Source of the DNA: Spirochaetales bacterium
Lineage (GTDB): Bacteria; Spirochaetota; GWE2-31-10; MWDO01
Length of the DNA: 64,000 nt
Reading direction: 5' to 3'
Assembly (NCBI GenBank): GCA_017540815.1
Contig: JAFYAI010000038.1
Location: forward strand, 411 to 64,410
The first letter of the stretch is position 1. Each line of letters starts with the position of its first letter. The translations under genes and the position numbers were made by a program. Of this stretch, positions 9,012-18,454 are shown piece after piece. The notes under the pieces were generated by a model. It searched no databases, was not told where the DNA came from, and saw only the letters and a program-made list of their open reading frames with translations.

Positions 9012-9195
9012 AAAATAATGCGTAATGCGTAATTAGACCTCTCCGCTGCGGTCGATGTGACAAGAGAGAAAATGTCATTTCGACTGAAGCGAAGCGAAAC
9101 GGAGAAATCTATAGCAATGAAAAGTGAGCGGATTTTCCGTAGGAAAATCCAAATCCGTGTGACATTATTTTAATGAAGGGACAAGGAGTGTATAT

Positions 9196-10143
9196 ATGAA
9201 TACATTAGACATTATCAAAAGCAATATCAATAACACAATTAAAGAAACAAACTATAATATCGGATCTAAATACAAAGGTAAAGTTCGCGATGTATATGAT
9301 CTTGGCGATAAGTTGTTTATAGTGACGACTGACCGCGTATCTGCATTTGATGTAGTTTTGGATACAGTACCGTTCAAAGGTGCAATGCTTAACGGCTTGT
9401 CTAACTATTGGTTTGAGCAGACTAAAGATATTATCCCTAATCATATCATCAGCATTCCGCATCCCAATGCAATATTGGTGAAGAAATGCACGATCCTGCC
9501 TATCGAAGTGATTGTCCGCGGTTATCTGACAGGTGGCGGTTGGAGAGAATACGAAGCTGACGGCACAGTAAGCGGTATCGCACTGCCTAAGGGTTTGAAG
9601 AAAAACTGCAAATTTGACACACCGATACTGACTCCTTCAACAAAGGCGAAGGAAGGTCATGATATGCCTATCTCTGTAGAAGAGATTATTAAGCAGGGGA
9701 TAGTTGAAGAGAAACTTATGCGAAAAATCGCTGATACTGCTCTGAAACTCTTTGCACGCGGTCAGGAGCTGGTTGCCAAGAACGGGTTGATATTGGTAGA
9801 TACTAAGTATGAGTTTGGTGTTCTTGATGACGGCAGCCTTATCATTGCTGATGAGATACACACTTCTGATTCTTCACGATATTGGTATGCAGACGGATAT
9901 GAAGCAGCATTCAAGGCAGGCGAAGATCAGAAAGGTCTTGACAAGGAATACTTACGCCGATGGCTTATGGATCAGGGATTCAAAGGTGACGGCAAGCCGC
10001 CTGTAATACCTGCCGAAGTTAAGGCTGCCCTTGCCGAGCGATATGAGCAGGCATACAGAATGATTACGGGCAAAGCATTTGACTTTAATCAGAGTAATGT
10101 TATATCCTCATTGGACGAAGCAGTAAAAAATTTAACAAAATGA
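9196..10143 (+). CDS. purC: phosphoribosylaminoimidazole-succinocarboxamide (SAICAR) synthase
   Basis: GKVRDVYDLGDKLFIVTTDRVSAFD, LVDTKYEFG and the long-form C-terminus. GGAG RBS upstream. Confidence 0.9.
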   Translation: MNTLDIIKSNINNTIKETNYNIGSKYKGKVRDVYDLGDKLFIVTTDRVSAFDVVLDTVPFKGAMLNGLSNYWFEQTKDIIPNHIISIPHPNAILVKKCTILPIEVIVRGYLTGGGWREYEADGTVSGIALPKGLKKNCKFDTPILTPSTKAKEGHDMPISVEEIIKQGIVEEKLMRKIADTALKLFARGQELVAKNGLILVDTKYEFGVLDDGSLIIADEIHTSDSSRYWYADGYEAAFKAGEDQKGLDKEYLRRWLMDQGFKGDGKPPVIPAEVKAALAERYEQAYRMITGKAFDFNQSNVISSLDEAVKNLTK

Positions 10144-10210
10144 AAAAATAAATATTTATATTGTCAAAAATATAAAATATTATTATAATATTAAAAAAAT
10201 ATAATAAAAA

Positions 10211-10561
10211 ATGATATACAGAGGCAATCTATACAAAAGGAATACTGATTCAGCGACGAGAGCACAGCTTGTTCGTAAAGGCAACGAGTTTTTCAATGCA
10301 GGCAAATATCACTCTGCGGAGAAGATATTCGTTACTATAGATTATAAAGACGGACTTGTGCGGCTTGGAGACTATTTCTTTAAACAAAAAGATCTGTATA
10401 ATGCGTGTCGGATGTATTTTATGGCGGACGACCAAAGTAAAATAGATGCATTCTGCGACAAGGCGGTTAATGTCATACAGAGATGGCTCTCGGAGGACGA
10501 GTCGGCTGACAAAGTGGCACAAACCGAAACGGCAGATAAGTTATTATTAAAAACAAATTAA
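10211..10561 (+). CDS. hypothetical small protein with one TPR-like helix pair
   Basis: ORF in an AT-rich context. GNEFFNAGKYHSAEKIF resembles a TPR unit. Confidence 0.4.
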   Translation: MIYRGNLYKRNTDSATRAQLVRKGNEFFNAGKYHSAEKIFVTIDYKDGLVRLGDYFFKQKDLYNACRMYFMADDQSKIDAFCDKAVNVIQRWLSEDESADKVAQTETADKLLLKTN

Positions 10562-10575
10562 AAATGAGGTAAACA

Positions 10576-11802
10576 ATGTTTGGATTTAAGAAAAAAGAAT
10601 CAGACGAAATGTTTGACGAGAACACAACAGCCGCAGAATCTGTCGCAGCTGATGATAATGTGAAATCCGAAACCGAGAGTGTCAAAGCAGGAGAGGGGAT
10701 TAAAGAAGAAGTAAGTGAAGAACTTAATCAGCTCTCTCATGATGGGTATCGTTTATACAAGGCCGGTGATTATGTAACAAGCCGGGAGAAGTTTCGCAAA
10801 CTCTTGGAGCTTGATCCGACTAACCAATATGGTTTGGTAGGACTTGGTGATATTGCCCGCAAGGAAAATAAAATCGATGTGGCTATCAAATATTACTCTG
10901 AATGTTTAGATCATCATAAAGAAAATAAGTATGCTATTATTGGATTGGCTGATGCGTATCGTGACATTCGTCTGTATGATAAGGCGATAAGTTTGTGGGA
11001 GCATTTTCTGGCACTATATGCACCTGATATTACAGTGCTGACCCGGCTTGCCGATGCGTATCGCAAGGTTGGCAACTTCGAGAGTTCCAAGAAGTTTTAC
11101 TTGAGAGTATTTGATCTTGAACCAAACAATACTTATGCACTGACAGGTATCGGTTACTTATTCTTTGATAATAAGAAGTATGACCTTGCTCTTACATATT
11201 GGAATAAAATGTTGGAGTTGGAGCCGAATAATCTCAAGATCTTAACAACGATCGGTAACTGTCACCGCAAGAAAAAAACATTCGAGAAAGGCAAAGAGTA
11301 TTTCCTGCGTGCACTCGACATCGTGCCTGACAACTTCTACGCATTATACGGTTTGGCTGACTGCTATCGAGGCCTTGAAGAACACGAGGAGAGCAAAGGT
11401 GTATGGGAGAAACTGCTCCAGATGAGTCCCAATAATAAGGTTATTATGACGCGTCTTGCTGATGCACTGCGAAATATCGGTGAGTTGGATGAGGCTCTCA
11501 AATACTATCAGAAAGCATTAGGCATTGATCATGACTACTATGCGGAGTTCGGTATGTCTCTCATCTATAAAGAGAAGGGTGACTATCGCAGAGCTATAGA
11601 TATGATGAGAAGTCTCTATAAGGATGGAGAGCCTAATCTTCGTCTTGCTTATGAGATAGCAGAATGCTACATCGAGATGGGGCAGCGTGAGAAGGCTTAC
11701 AATGAGCTTGATCGTGTCTTGGCACAGCTTGACAACAAAGATGCTGCCGGTCCTGATGTTGTTGAGTTATACAGAGAACTAAGCCGAGAGTTCTCCGAGT
11801 AA
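10576..11802 (+). CDS. tetratricopeptide repeat protein
   Basis: Many consecutive 34-residue repeats (AxxxYxxALxLxPNN pattern) after an acidic N-terminus. Confidence 0.75.
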   Translation: MFGFKKKESDEMFDENTTAAESVAADDNVKSETESVKAGEGIKEEVSEELNQLSHDGYRLYKAGDYVTSREKFRKLLELDPTNQYGLVGLGDIARKENKIDVAIKYYSECLDHHKENKYAIIGLADAYRDIRLYDKAISLWEHFLALYAPDITVLTRLADAYRKVGNFESSKKFYLRVFDLEPNNTYALTGIGYLFFDNKKYDLALTYWNKMLELEPNNLKILTTIGNCHRKKKTFEKGKEYFLRALDIVPDNFYALYGLADCYRGLEEHEESKGVWEKLLQMSPNNKVIMTRLADALRNIGELDEALKYYQKALGIDHDYYAEFGMSLIYKEKGDYRRAIDMMRSLYKDGEPNLRLAYEIAECYIEMGQREKAYNELDRVLAQLDNKDAAGPDVVELYRELSREFSE

Positions 11803-11816
11803 TCTGCCTGATAATC

Positions 11817-12896
11817 ATGGATAAAATCAATATATTGGAACAGAGCCGAGAGGCTCTGTTGTCTGATATGCAGCAATGCTGTATCATAGATAAACCGTAT
11901 CGGCTGGATCAGATCCTGCAAAGCATCTATAAAAATTGTGTCCTTAGCTTTGATGATATGACAAATCTGTCTATATCTATGAGAGAGTCATTATCTGACA
12001 GATATAATATTCTTGGGGTGCGAGAAGAACAGTGCTGGACTTCATCTGACGGAACAATCAAGTTCCTGTTCGAGTTATGCAAAGATCGGCAGTTCGTCGA
12101 GTCAGTATATCTGAAAGACAAAAATAATCGAGTGACATTCTGTGTATCCAGTCAAGTCGGCTGCCGTATGGGATGCACATTCTGCAAGACCGGCAGGATG
12201 GGACTGATCCGCAATCTGACAGCCGGTGAGATCATCAGTGAAGTTATGTTTCTGTGGAATGTGATGAAACATGACGAAAGTGTCACAGATAAATTTTTCA
12301 ACATAGTATTTATGGGTATGGGTGAGCCGCTTGATAATATCGATAATCTTTGTGCTGCGATAGATAAGATCACCAATCAGCAATATATCGGAATGTCACA
12401 AACACGGATTACCATATCGACATGCGGTCTTGTAGATAAGATCGAAAGTGTTTTGATAAAGTTTCCGCAGATTAACTTTGCTCTGTCACTCAACTCCAGC
12501 CGACAGGAGCAGAGGCTGACTGTTATGCCGGCAGCGAAGCTGCACAGTATATCAGAGATGAAGAAGATACTTGACGGTTTAGCTGTCAAGTATAAAACAC
12601 GGTTTACGCTGGAATATGTAATGATAGCCGGATTTAACATCTGCTATGAAGATGCAGCAGCTCTTAAATGCTGGACCCCGAAACATTATCTGATCAACCT
12701 TATCCCGCTAAATCACAGCGATGAACATCAGAAAAGACCTAATGAACACCAGATTACCAAATTTGCTGACATGCTGCAGTCGTTTGGATTGAAAGTGACG
12801 CGGCGATACAGAAGAGGAGCTGATATACAGGCTGACTGCGGTCAGTTGTTTCTGGAGAGAGCAGAGTCAATGCGTAATAACGATACACAGGTATAA
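11817..12896 (+). CDS. rlmN: 23S rRNA/tRNA (adenine-C2)-methyltransferase, radical SAM
   Basis: GCRMGCTFCKTG (CxxxCxxC), GMGEPLDN, and a C-terminal ADCGQL motif typical of RlmN/Cfr. Confidence 0.85.
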   Translation: MDKINILEQSREALLSDMQQCCIIDKPYRLDQILQSIYKNCVLSFDDMTNLSISMRESLSDRYNILGVREEQCWTSSDGTIKFLFELCKDRQFVESVYLKDKNNRVTFCVSSQVGCRMGCTFCKTGRMGLIRNLTAGEIISEVMFLWNVMKHDESVTDKFFNIVFMGMGEPLDNIDNLCAAIDKITNQQYIGMSQTRITISTCGLVDKIESVLIKFPQINFALSLNSSRQEQRLTVMPAAKLHSISEMKKILDGLAVKYKTRFTLEYVMIAGFNICYEDAAALKCWTPKHYLINLIPLNHSDEHQKRPNEHQITKFADMLQSFGLKVTRRYRRGADIQADCGQLFLERAESMRNNDTQV

Positions 12897-12927
12897 AAGA
12901 GTATTGCTTTTTGCAATACTTTTTTTA
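12895..12927. terminator. bidirectional terminator between convergent rlmN and the CoADR-like gene
   Basis: aaaagagtattgc-ttttt-gcaatacttttt hairpin flanked by A and T runs. Confidence 0.6.
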
Positions 12928-12933
12928 TACTTG

Positions 12934-14607
12934 TTAGTCTATGTTTTCGTTGATCTTTATCGAACTTATGCCGCCGACGATATTATATACATGCTTGAAT
13001 CCTGAGCCTTTCAAGATCCTCTCCGCGATGTAGCTGCGGATGCCTACATGTCCGTAGACATAGATCTTCTTGTCTTTGGGGATCTCTTTGAGTCGGTCTC
13101 GCAGTTCGTCAAGAGGTATCCACAATGAGTTAATCACCCTTGATCGATCATGCTCATTCTTGGTGCGTATATCGAGCAGGCAGATATTGTCACTTAGTGT
13201 GAGATTTTTAGAGTAGACCGGATTAGATATGCCATCGATAATGTTCTGAGCAATCATTGCAACTGTATTGACCGGATCTGCGACGAGGTTCATCTGCGGA
13301 TTATAGGAGAAGTTCATATTGGTAAGCATATCGACAGTCATACCACCGTATATAGCCGAGAGGATTATATCCATCTTGCGTTCTACGCTGTCCGAACTGC
13401 CTGAGACCTGACCTCCGAGAATGCGGCGTGACTTGCGGTCAACAATGAGTTTCAGATGTATCTGATGTGCATTAGGTATGAATCTTTCATGATCACCTGT
13501 GAAGACCTCGGCGATAATGTAGTCATATCCTGATTTCTTTGCCTGTGACTCGTTAATGCCGGCTATACCGACTGCGAATGATTTGAGTTTAAAGAAATAG
13601 TTCATCACATTGTGGGACTCTGTTGTATTGGTGCCGCATATATTGGAACCGATCTGTCGTCCATGAAATGATGACTGACTGACTGAGAACTTCGTAGTCA
13701 TATCTTTGGTAATGAAGTCCGGCAGTTCAACGGCAGAGCCTCCGGCCCAGATACTGTCATCATTAGTGCGGAAATCAGCATTGACACACAACCCGTTATT
13801 AGAACCGACATTGCAGCCGCAGCTCTGAGCAAGCCGTGTATTTGGTCTGATATTATCGAAGTAGAGAACCATATCGACTTTAAGTTCCAATCCGTCAGCC
13901 TGCACGAGAGTTATGTAATTGTCGGCATTTTTTGTATACTTGCGGACATCTGTATTGAGATATAGAGTACAGTCCGCTTTAGTCATCTCTTTCTTAAGGA
14001 TTGAATTGAAATCATCATCAAATTCTTCAAGCAGAACAGGCTTTTTATCAATAAGCGTTACATTAAAGCCTTGCTCTATAAGAGCGGCTGCCGTTTTGAC
14101 AGAGATGCAGTTGCTGCCGATGATTGCTATATCACGAACTGCACTTGTATCTATGAAATGGCGAATCTTAATCGCATCTTCCAGACTTTTCAGTGTGAAG
14201 AAGTTATTCATACTGGAGATCGTGCTGTCCTCGGTTACATCGTATTCAAAGCCTGTCGCTACGACAAGTTTATCATACTCCATCTCGAAGTCCTGCATAT
14301 TGACATGATTGTATATGTATAATTTGTGATTTTTGCGGTCAATGCGAGTTACCTGACAGTTCTTGAGCAGATCAATGTCATAAACATTCTGAAGAGTAGG
14401 CTCTATATCAGCTATGATCGTCTCAACACTTGTCACTGCACCGGATATAAAGTAAGGCAAAGCCGCCTGATTAGATCCGATGAAAGATGACTGTTCAATG
14501 ATCGTAATATTGGCTTTCTCATTCAATCTGCGAATACGGGTAGCAGCCGAAACACCTGCATTTGACCCGCCGATGATTATAATACTTTCATTATTGTCCT
14601 GGCTCAT
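12934..14607 (-). CDS. CoA-disulfide reductase / NADH oxidase-family flavoprotein with C-terminal rhodanese-like domain, catalytic cysteines absent
   Basis: N-terminal IIIIGGSNAGVSAA dinucleotide fold, overall pyridine-nucleotide-disulfide-oxidoreductase layout, and a C-terminal rhodanese-like fold. See the findings for the missing cysteines. Confidence 0.75.
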   Translation of the reverse strand: MSQDNNESIIIIGGSNAGVSAATRIRRLNEKANITIIEQSSFIGSNQAALPYFISGAVTSVETIIADIEPTLQNVYDIDLLKNCQVTRIDRKNHKLYIYNHVNMQDFEMEYDKLVVATGFEYDVTEDSTISSMNNFFTLKSLEDAIKIRHFIDTSAVRDIAIIGSNCISVKTAAALIEQGFNVTLIDKKPVLLEEFDDDFNSILKKEMTKADCTLYLNTDVRKYTKNADNYITLVQADGLELKVDMVLYFDNIRPNTRLAQSCGCNVGSNNGLCVNADFRTNDDSIWAGGSAVELPDFITKDMTTKFSVSQSSFHGRQIGSNICGTNTTESHNVMNYFFKLKSFAVGIAGINESQAKKSGYDYIIAEVFTGDHERFIPNAHQIHLKLIVDRKSRRILGGQVSGSSDSVERKMDIILSAIYGGMTVDMLTNMNFSYNPQMNLVADPVNTVAMIAQNIIDGISNPVYSKNLTLSDNICLLDIRTKNEHDRSRVINSLWIPLDELRDRLKEIPKDKKIYVYGHVGIRSYIAERILKGSGFKHVYNIVGGISSIKINENID

Positions 14608-14691
14608 TTAACTAAACTCTCTTATTGAAATGATATTAAATTATATAAAATTTCTAAAAAAAATGCAAGCATTTTATACATTTGGAAGCAC

Positions 14692-15249
14692 TTACTCTTC
14701 ATCACCGGCATTCTTCTCATCGGTATCATAATAATAGATAATGTGCATATCAGTATAGTTGGACTCCTGTGTCTGGATGTCTGCACGCATTGAAGTTGCT
14801 TCAAGTTTAGAGCCGTTTTCACGCTCGATGACGACAGGAGTGCTGTTATACATCTTATTATTCTTATAGTCAAGGATAAGATTCTCGGTTCGCAGCACAG
14901 TCTCGTTCTCAAAACTCTCAATGATGACACTGCCGGTGAACTCGATCAATTTCTGATTTTGATTGATCTCGCCCTGTTCGGAACTGATATGTGTTGTAAT
15001 CTCGCCTTTGGAGTTATAGACTTTAGCATCCAGAACTTTACATGAGATCTTATCCTGCTTTTCGTAAAATTCCGCATGCTCGATCTGTGTATTGAGATAC
15101 TGCCGATTGTTTTTGTAGATATAATGAGCATAATTCTCCTGAACCATATCAGGATAAACAATATCATTGTTAGGTTCATATTTCGCCATAGTATCGGCAC
15201 AGGAAAGCAGAAGAATTGTCAAAAATAAAATATATGCCTTATTTCTCAT
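14692..15249 (-). CDS. lipoprotein with LptC/OstA-like beta-jellyroll pattern
   Basis: Start moved to the ATG at 15249 (MRNKAYILFLTILLLSC lipobox). An alternating beta pattern with LIEFTGSVIIE...LRTENLILDYKNN resembles LptC/LptA. Confidence 0.4.
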   Translation of the reverse strand: MRNKAYILFLTILLLSCADTMAKYEPNNDIVYPDMVQENYAHYIYKNNRQYLNTQIEHAEFYEKQDKISCKVLDAKVYNSKGEITTHISSEQGEINQNQKLIEFTGSVIIESFENETVLRTENLILDYKNNKMYNSTPVVIERENGSKLEATSMRADIQTQESNYTDMHIIYYYDTDEKNAGDEE

Positions 15250-15265
15250 TTTTTTTGTTATTTTT

Positions 15266-15312
15266 ATCACACGGATTTGTGATTTGCTACGCAAATCACA
15301 AATCCGTGTGAT
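15266..15312. repeat. perfect 21-bp-arm hairpin between pyrG and the downstream lipoprotein gene
   Basis: atcacacggatttgtgatttg-ctacg-caaatcacaaatccgtgtgat. No U-run follows on the transcribed (minus) strand. Confidence 0.8.
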
Positions 15313-15339
15313 ATTAAACCTGTTTTCGCACATTATACA

Positions 15340-16941
15340 TTATGAATTACCAAGTGCTGCAGCAATAAAGTCTCTGAATATCGGATGCGGACTAAACGGC
15401 TTAGACTTAAACTCCGGATGGAACTGAACACCTATACCGAACGGATGCCCCGGCCACTCAACGGACTCTACGAGATCTTCTTCTTCATAGACTCCGGCAA
15501 TAATCAATCCTTTATCGATAAACTGTTGACGATAATCGTTATTAAACTCATATCTGTGTCTGTGCCGCTCAGATATAATCTGTGTGCCGTAAGCCTTTCG
15601 CAGCAGAGTTCCTTCTTTGGTAACAGAGTCATAGCTGCCCAAACGCATTGTGCCGCCCTTATTGTCGATACCTGCCTGCTCCTCCAAGAGACTGATAACA
15701 GGCGAGTCTGTAGAAGCATCAAACTCAGTAGAGTTGGCTCGATCCAAGCCGAGTACATTGCGGGCATACTCGATAACCATTATCTGCATACCGAGACATA
15801 TCCCGAAGAACGGTATCTTATGTTCGCGGGCATATTGGGCTGTTATAATCTTGCCTTCGACACCGCGGTCGCCGAATCCTCCGGGGATAAGAATGCCGTC
15901 CATATCTTTGAGTGTCTCATCGACATTTTCTGCAGTGATATTGTCAGACTGTATCTTGTGCACTTCCAATTTTGCACCGTTGGCAATACCGGCGTGGTTA
16001 AGTGCCTCATAGATAGACTTGTAGGCATCCTGCAGTTCGATGTATTTGCCGACAACTGCGATCTTAGCTGTCTTATCAAGAGAGTTAATCTTATCACGCA
16101 GGTTCTGCCATATAGATAAGTCTTTGTGAACAGATTCGATCGGAATACGGAGTTTGCGCAACAAAACATCTGTCATACCCTTGCTGTCGTAGATAGTAGG
16201 CACTTCATAGATTGATTTGACAGTCGTTGCTTCAATGATAGCATCTTCTTCGACATTAGTAAACAGTGAGATCTTTTTTTTCATAGCCAATGGCATGTGA
16301 CCTTCCAAGCGGCACAGCAGGATGTCAGGTTGGATACCGATCTCACGAAGTTTCTGCACGCTGTGCTGTGTCGGTTTAGTCTTGAACTCATCGGCTGCAT
16401 GTATCTGCGGAACGAGAGTCAGATGAACGAATATCACATTATCTTTGCCGACATCAGTGATGAACTGTCTGGCTGCTTCCAAAAACGGAACAGACTCAAT
16501 ATCGCCGACCGTGCCGCCGATCTCTATAATGGTAATATCAGCGTCTTTGGCTACATCTTTGATGCGTCTGCGGATCTCATCCGTGATGTGAGGTATGACC
16601 TGCACACATCGACCGAGATAGTCGCCCCGTCGCTCGCGGCTTATGACTTCGTTATATACCTGACCGGTTGTGATGGAGTTACGCTTCGTCAGCTGGCTTG
16701 TAGTAAATCTTTCGTAGTTGCCCAGATCAAGATCTGTTTCAGCTCCATCATCAGTAACGAACACTTCACCATGCTGATAAGGACTCATCGTGCCGGCATC
16801 TACATTGATATACGGATCGACTTTAGTCATCGCGATCCTGAAACCGCATGCTTCCAGCAATGCTCCGATAGACGAACTGGAGATGCCTTTGCCTAATGAT
16901 GAACATACACCGCCTGTCACAAAAATATACTTAGAACTCAT
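15340..16941 (-). CDS. pyrG: CTP synthase
   Basis: MSSKYIFVTGGVCSSLGKGI N-terminus, GICLGMQ glutamine amidotransferase cysteine motif, 533 aa. Confidence 0.95.
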   Translation of the reverse strand: MSSKYIFVTGGVCSSLGKGISSSSIGALLEACGFRIAMTKVDPYINVDAGTMSPYQHGEVFVTDDGAETDLDLGNYERFTTSQLTKRNSITTGQVYNEVISRERRGDYLGRCVQVIPHITDEIRRRIKDVAKDADITIIEIGGTVGDIESVPFLEAARQFITDVGKDNVIFVHLTLVPQIHAADEFKTKPTQHSVQKLREIGIQPDILLCRLEGHMPLAMKKKISLFTNVEEDAIIEATTVKSIYEVPTIYDSKGMTDVLLRKLRIPIESVHKDLSIWQNLRDKINSLDKTAKIAVVGKYIELQDAYKSIYEALNHAGIANGAKLEVHKIQSDNITAENVDETLKDMDGILIPGGFGDRGVEGKIITAQYAREHKIPFFGICLGMQIMVIEYARNVLGLDRANSTEFDASTDSPVISLLEEQAGIDNKGGTMRLGSYDSVTKEGTLLRKAYGTQIISERHRHRYEFNNDYRQQFIDKGLIIAGVYEEEDLVESVEWPGHPFGIGVQFHPEFKSKPFSPHPIFRDFIAAALGNS

Positions 16942-17017
16942 ACTCTGCTCCGAATTTGAATAATCAATAAAAAATAATTATAACAAATTTTACTATATTT
17001 TTCAAGAGGGAATTTAT

Positions 17018-17052
17018 AAAAAAACGACTTTCTAACAGAAAGTCGTTTTTTT
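17018..17052 (-). terminator. terminator downstream of the 17068-19378 minus-strand operon
   Basis: aaaaaaacgactttc-taaca-gaaagtcgttttttt, with A and T runs on both sides. Confidence 0.65.
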
Positions 17053-17067
17053 AGCTTTAAACCGAAA

Positions 17068-17649
17068 TTAGAGCAAAACCTTAAATCCTTGAGCAAACTG
17101 TGGTTTATCTTCTGATAAACTGTTATAAGAGATTATACCGCGTTCTTCTGCCCATTTGTGATGGAATACTCCCGCACAAATAGCGAATGCAATACCGGCG
17201 GTTAATAGAAGTCCTGACAGAATACCAAATGCCGCAATTGTGTACATACCGATTAATGCACCGCCGGCGACAATAAAGTTGTTAGTAGCCGTTAATGCAG
17301 CAGCAGCAGAGTCTTCTATAATAAGCATTACATTATATATTGTCATATACATAGATGTAAATGCAATAAGAGCCGGCATACCAATGAGTGTTCCGCTGAC
17401 GAACATACCGATAGCAGCACCGCGGAATGTTTTGAATGTTTTAAAAGTATTATTATTGATTGCTTCCCGGTCACTTGCAACTTTACCGTAACTGCCGCCG
17501 GCACCAAATCGAACAACATTGTTATTCAATCGGAAGTCACCTGTTCGTGAGCTAATCATTTTAGACGGAGCAGTCTGAAACTCGTTCGCATAAGAGAATG
17601 CCGAAACAATCAGGATTAAAATCATACATAAAGCAAATTTGTTTTTCAT
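17068..17649 (-). CDS. secreted/membrane protein, unknown function
   Basis: Start moved to the ATG at 17649, preceded by AGGAGGAG. Signal peptide MKNKFALCMILILIVSAFSYA. Several Gly/Ala-rich TM segments in the C-terminal half. Confidence 0.55.
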   Translation of the reverse strand: MKNKFALCMILILIVSAFSYANEFQTAPSKMISSRTGDFRLNNNVVRFGAGGSYGKVASDREAINNNTFKTFKTFRGAAIGMFVSGTLIGMPALIAFTSMYMTIYNVMLIIEDSAAAALTATNNFIVAGGALIGMYTIAAFGILSGLLLTAGIAFAICAGVFHHKWAEERGIISYNSLSEDKPQFAQGFKVLL

Positions 17650-17662
17650 AGTCTCCTCCTTA

Positions 17663-18358
17663 TTATAGTGATATGCTAAAACCAAGTTCAAGTTTGTCGC
17701 TGCCCGCCATCGACATGTGGACATGATACTTGCTCTGCCATGCGTAGAGCAATTTGCTTGCATATACCCATGGACCGATACAAGCCATCAGCAAACAGAA
17801 TCCTAACGCTCCCGGCACAACTATCATTGGCAGCAGCATTGCCAAACCGATACTGTCAGCAGTTTTTAATGCTTCTGAAGAACTTGATGAGTCACCTATC
17901 AATGATGCTACTCCATCGTTAATTGTGTCGCGTAATGCAAAGTATGTCGGCAGAACAATAACTGCTTCCAATACACCAAGCGTAAATAACACTGCACCGC
18001 TTGCCGTCAGAGCGATCGCTGATGTCTTAGCCTGATGATATGCTATATAGAGCGGATCGTGATATTTTTCATCTTCATATTCGGGCACGAAGTGTCTCTT
18101 GATCTCTTTTGAGGCAATCTTAATTTCTTTGACTTCTTCTTCCATCTCTGCCGACTTGTCCGAGATCCTGTCGATATTATCGTCTGGAATATCAATAACA
18201 CCGAAACTCGTATTGACAGTGTAGATGCCGTCTTCATGAGATACAATATCTCCGGTTACTTTATTGCCGTCTTTGAGATAGAATGTCTCTGCCGAGGCAA
18301 TGCCGGTTATCATCATGAATGTCAGCGAGCAAAATATCAGTTTTGTAATTTGTTTCAT
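17663..18358 (-). CDS. secreted/membrane protein, unknown function
   Basis: Signal peptide (LTFMMITGIASA), a small beta-rich N-domain, then about 3 TM segments. Ends 14 nt upstream of the next gene. Confidence 0.55.
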   Translation of the reverse strand: MKQITKLIFCSLTFMMITGIASAETFYLKDGNKVTGDIVSHEDGIYTVNTSFGVIDIPDDNIDRISDKSAEMEEEVKEIKIASKEIKRHFVPEYEDEKYHDPLYIAYHQAKTSAIALTASGAVLFTLGVLEAVIVLPTYFALRDTINDGVASLIGDSSSSSEALKTADSIGLAMLLPMIVVPGALGFCLLMACIGPWVYASKLLYAWQSKYHVHMSMAGSDKLELGFSISL

Positions 18359-18454
18359 TTTGACTCCTTTGAATCCTTTATTTTTTATAATATTATATCA
18401 GAAAAAAATGTCAAAATCAAATTTAATTCATAAAACATAAAAATTTTAAAAAAT

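Noticed and set aside
9018-9030. Shared 13-mer aatgcgtaatgcg downstream of the 8310-9011 gene, and in reverse at 24084-24096. A 10-mer copy occurs at 12868-12877
   Set aside because: It is short, partly a tandem heptamer, and overlaps coding sequence in two of the three cases. By itself it is within the range of chance for this window size.
9012-9195. Known purine, ZTP (pfl) or PRPP riboswitch in the purC leader
   Set aside because: The characteristic conserved stretches are not present: the purine junction UAUA...CCGUAAA, the ZTP CCGCCUGGGC 3' element, and the ykkC-type core. ggtcgatgtgac only superficially resembles part of the pfl motif.
15331-15350. Recurring ATTCATAAT / ATTATGAAT-type strings at gene ends (15331-15350, 21311-21335, 52407-52440, 60229-60253, 62120-62146). 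They include an identical 15-mer, attatacattatgaa, at 15332-15346 and 60239-60253
   Set aside because: For a 64-kb window, the expected number of identical 15-mer pairs is roughly N squared over 4 to the 15th, which is a few, and more in AT-rich low-complexity DNA. The 8-9-mers are also expected by chance, and several copies are simply Ser-stop codons plus -10-like sequence.
15385-16896. Long plus-strand ORFs (15385-16119, 244 aa; 15650-16012; 16297-16896, 199 aa) opposite pyrG
   Set aside because: They are fully antisense to an unmistakable CTP synthase gene. Their translations are low-complexity and Cys/Arg/Leu-rich with no motifs, which is typical of shadow ORFs.
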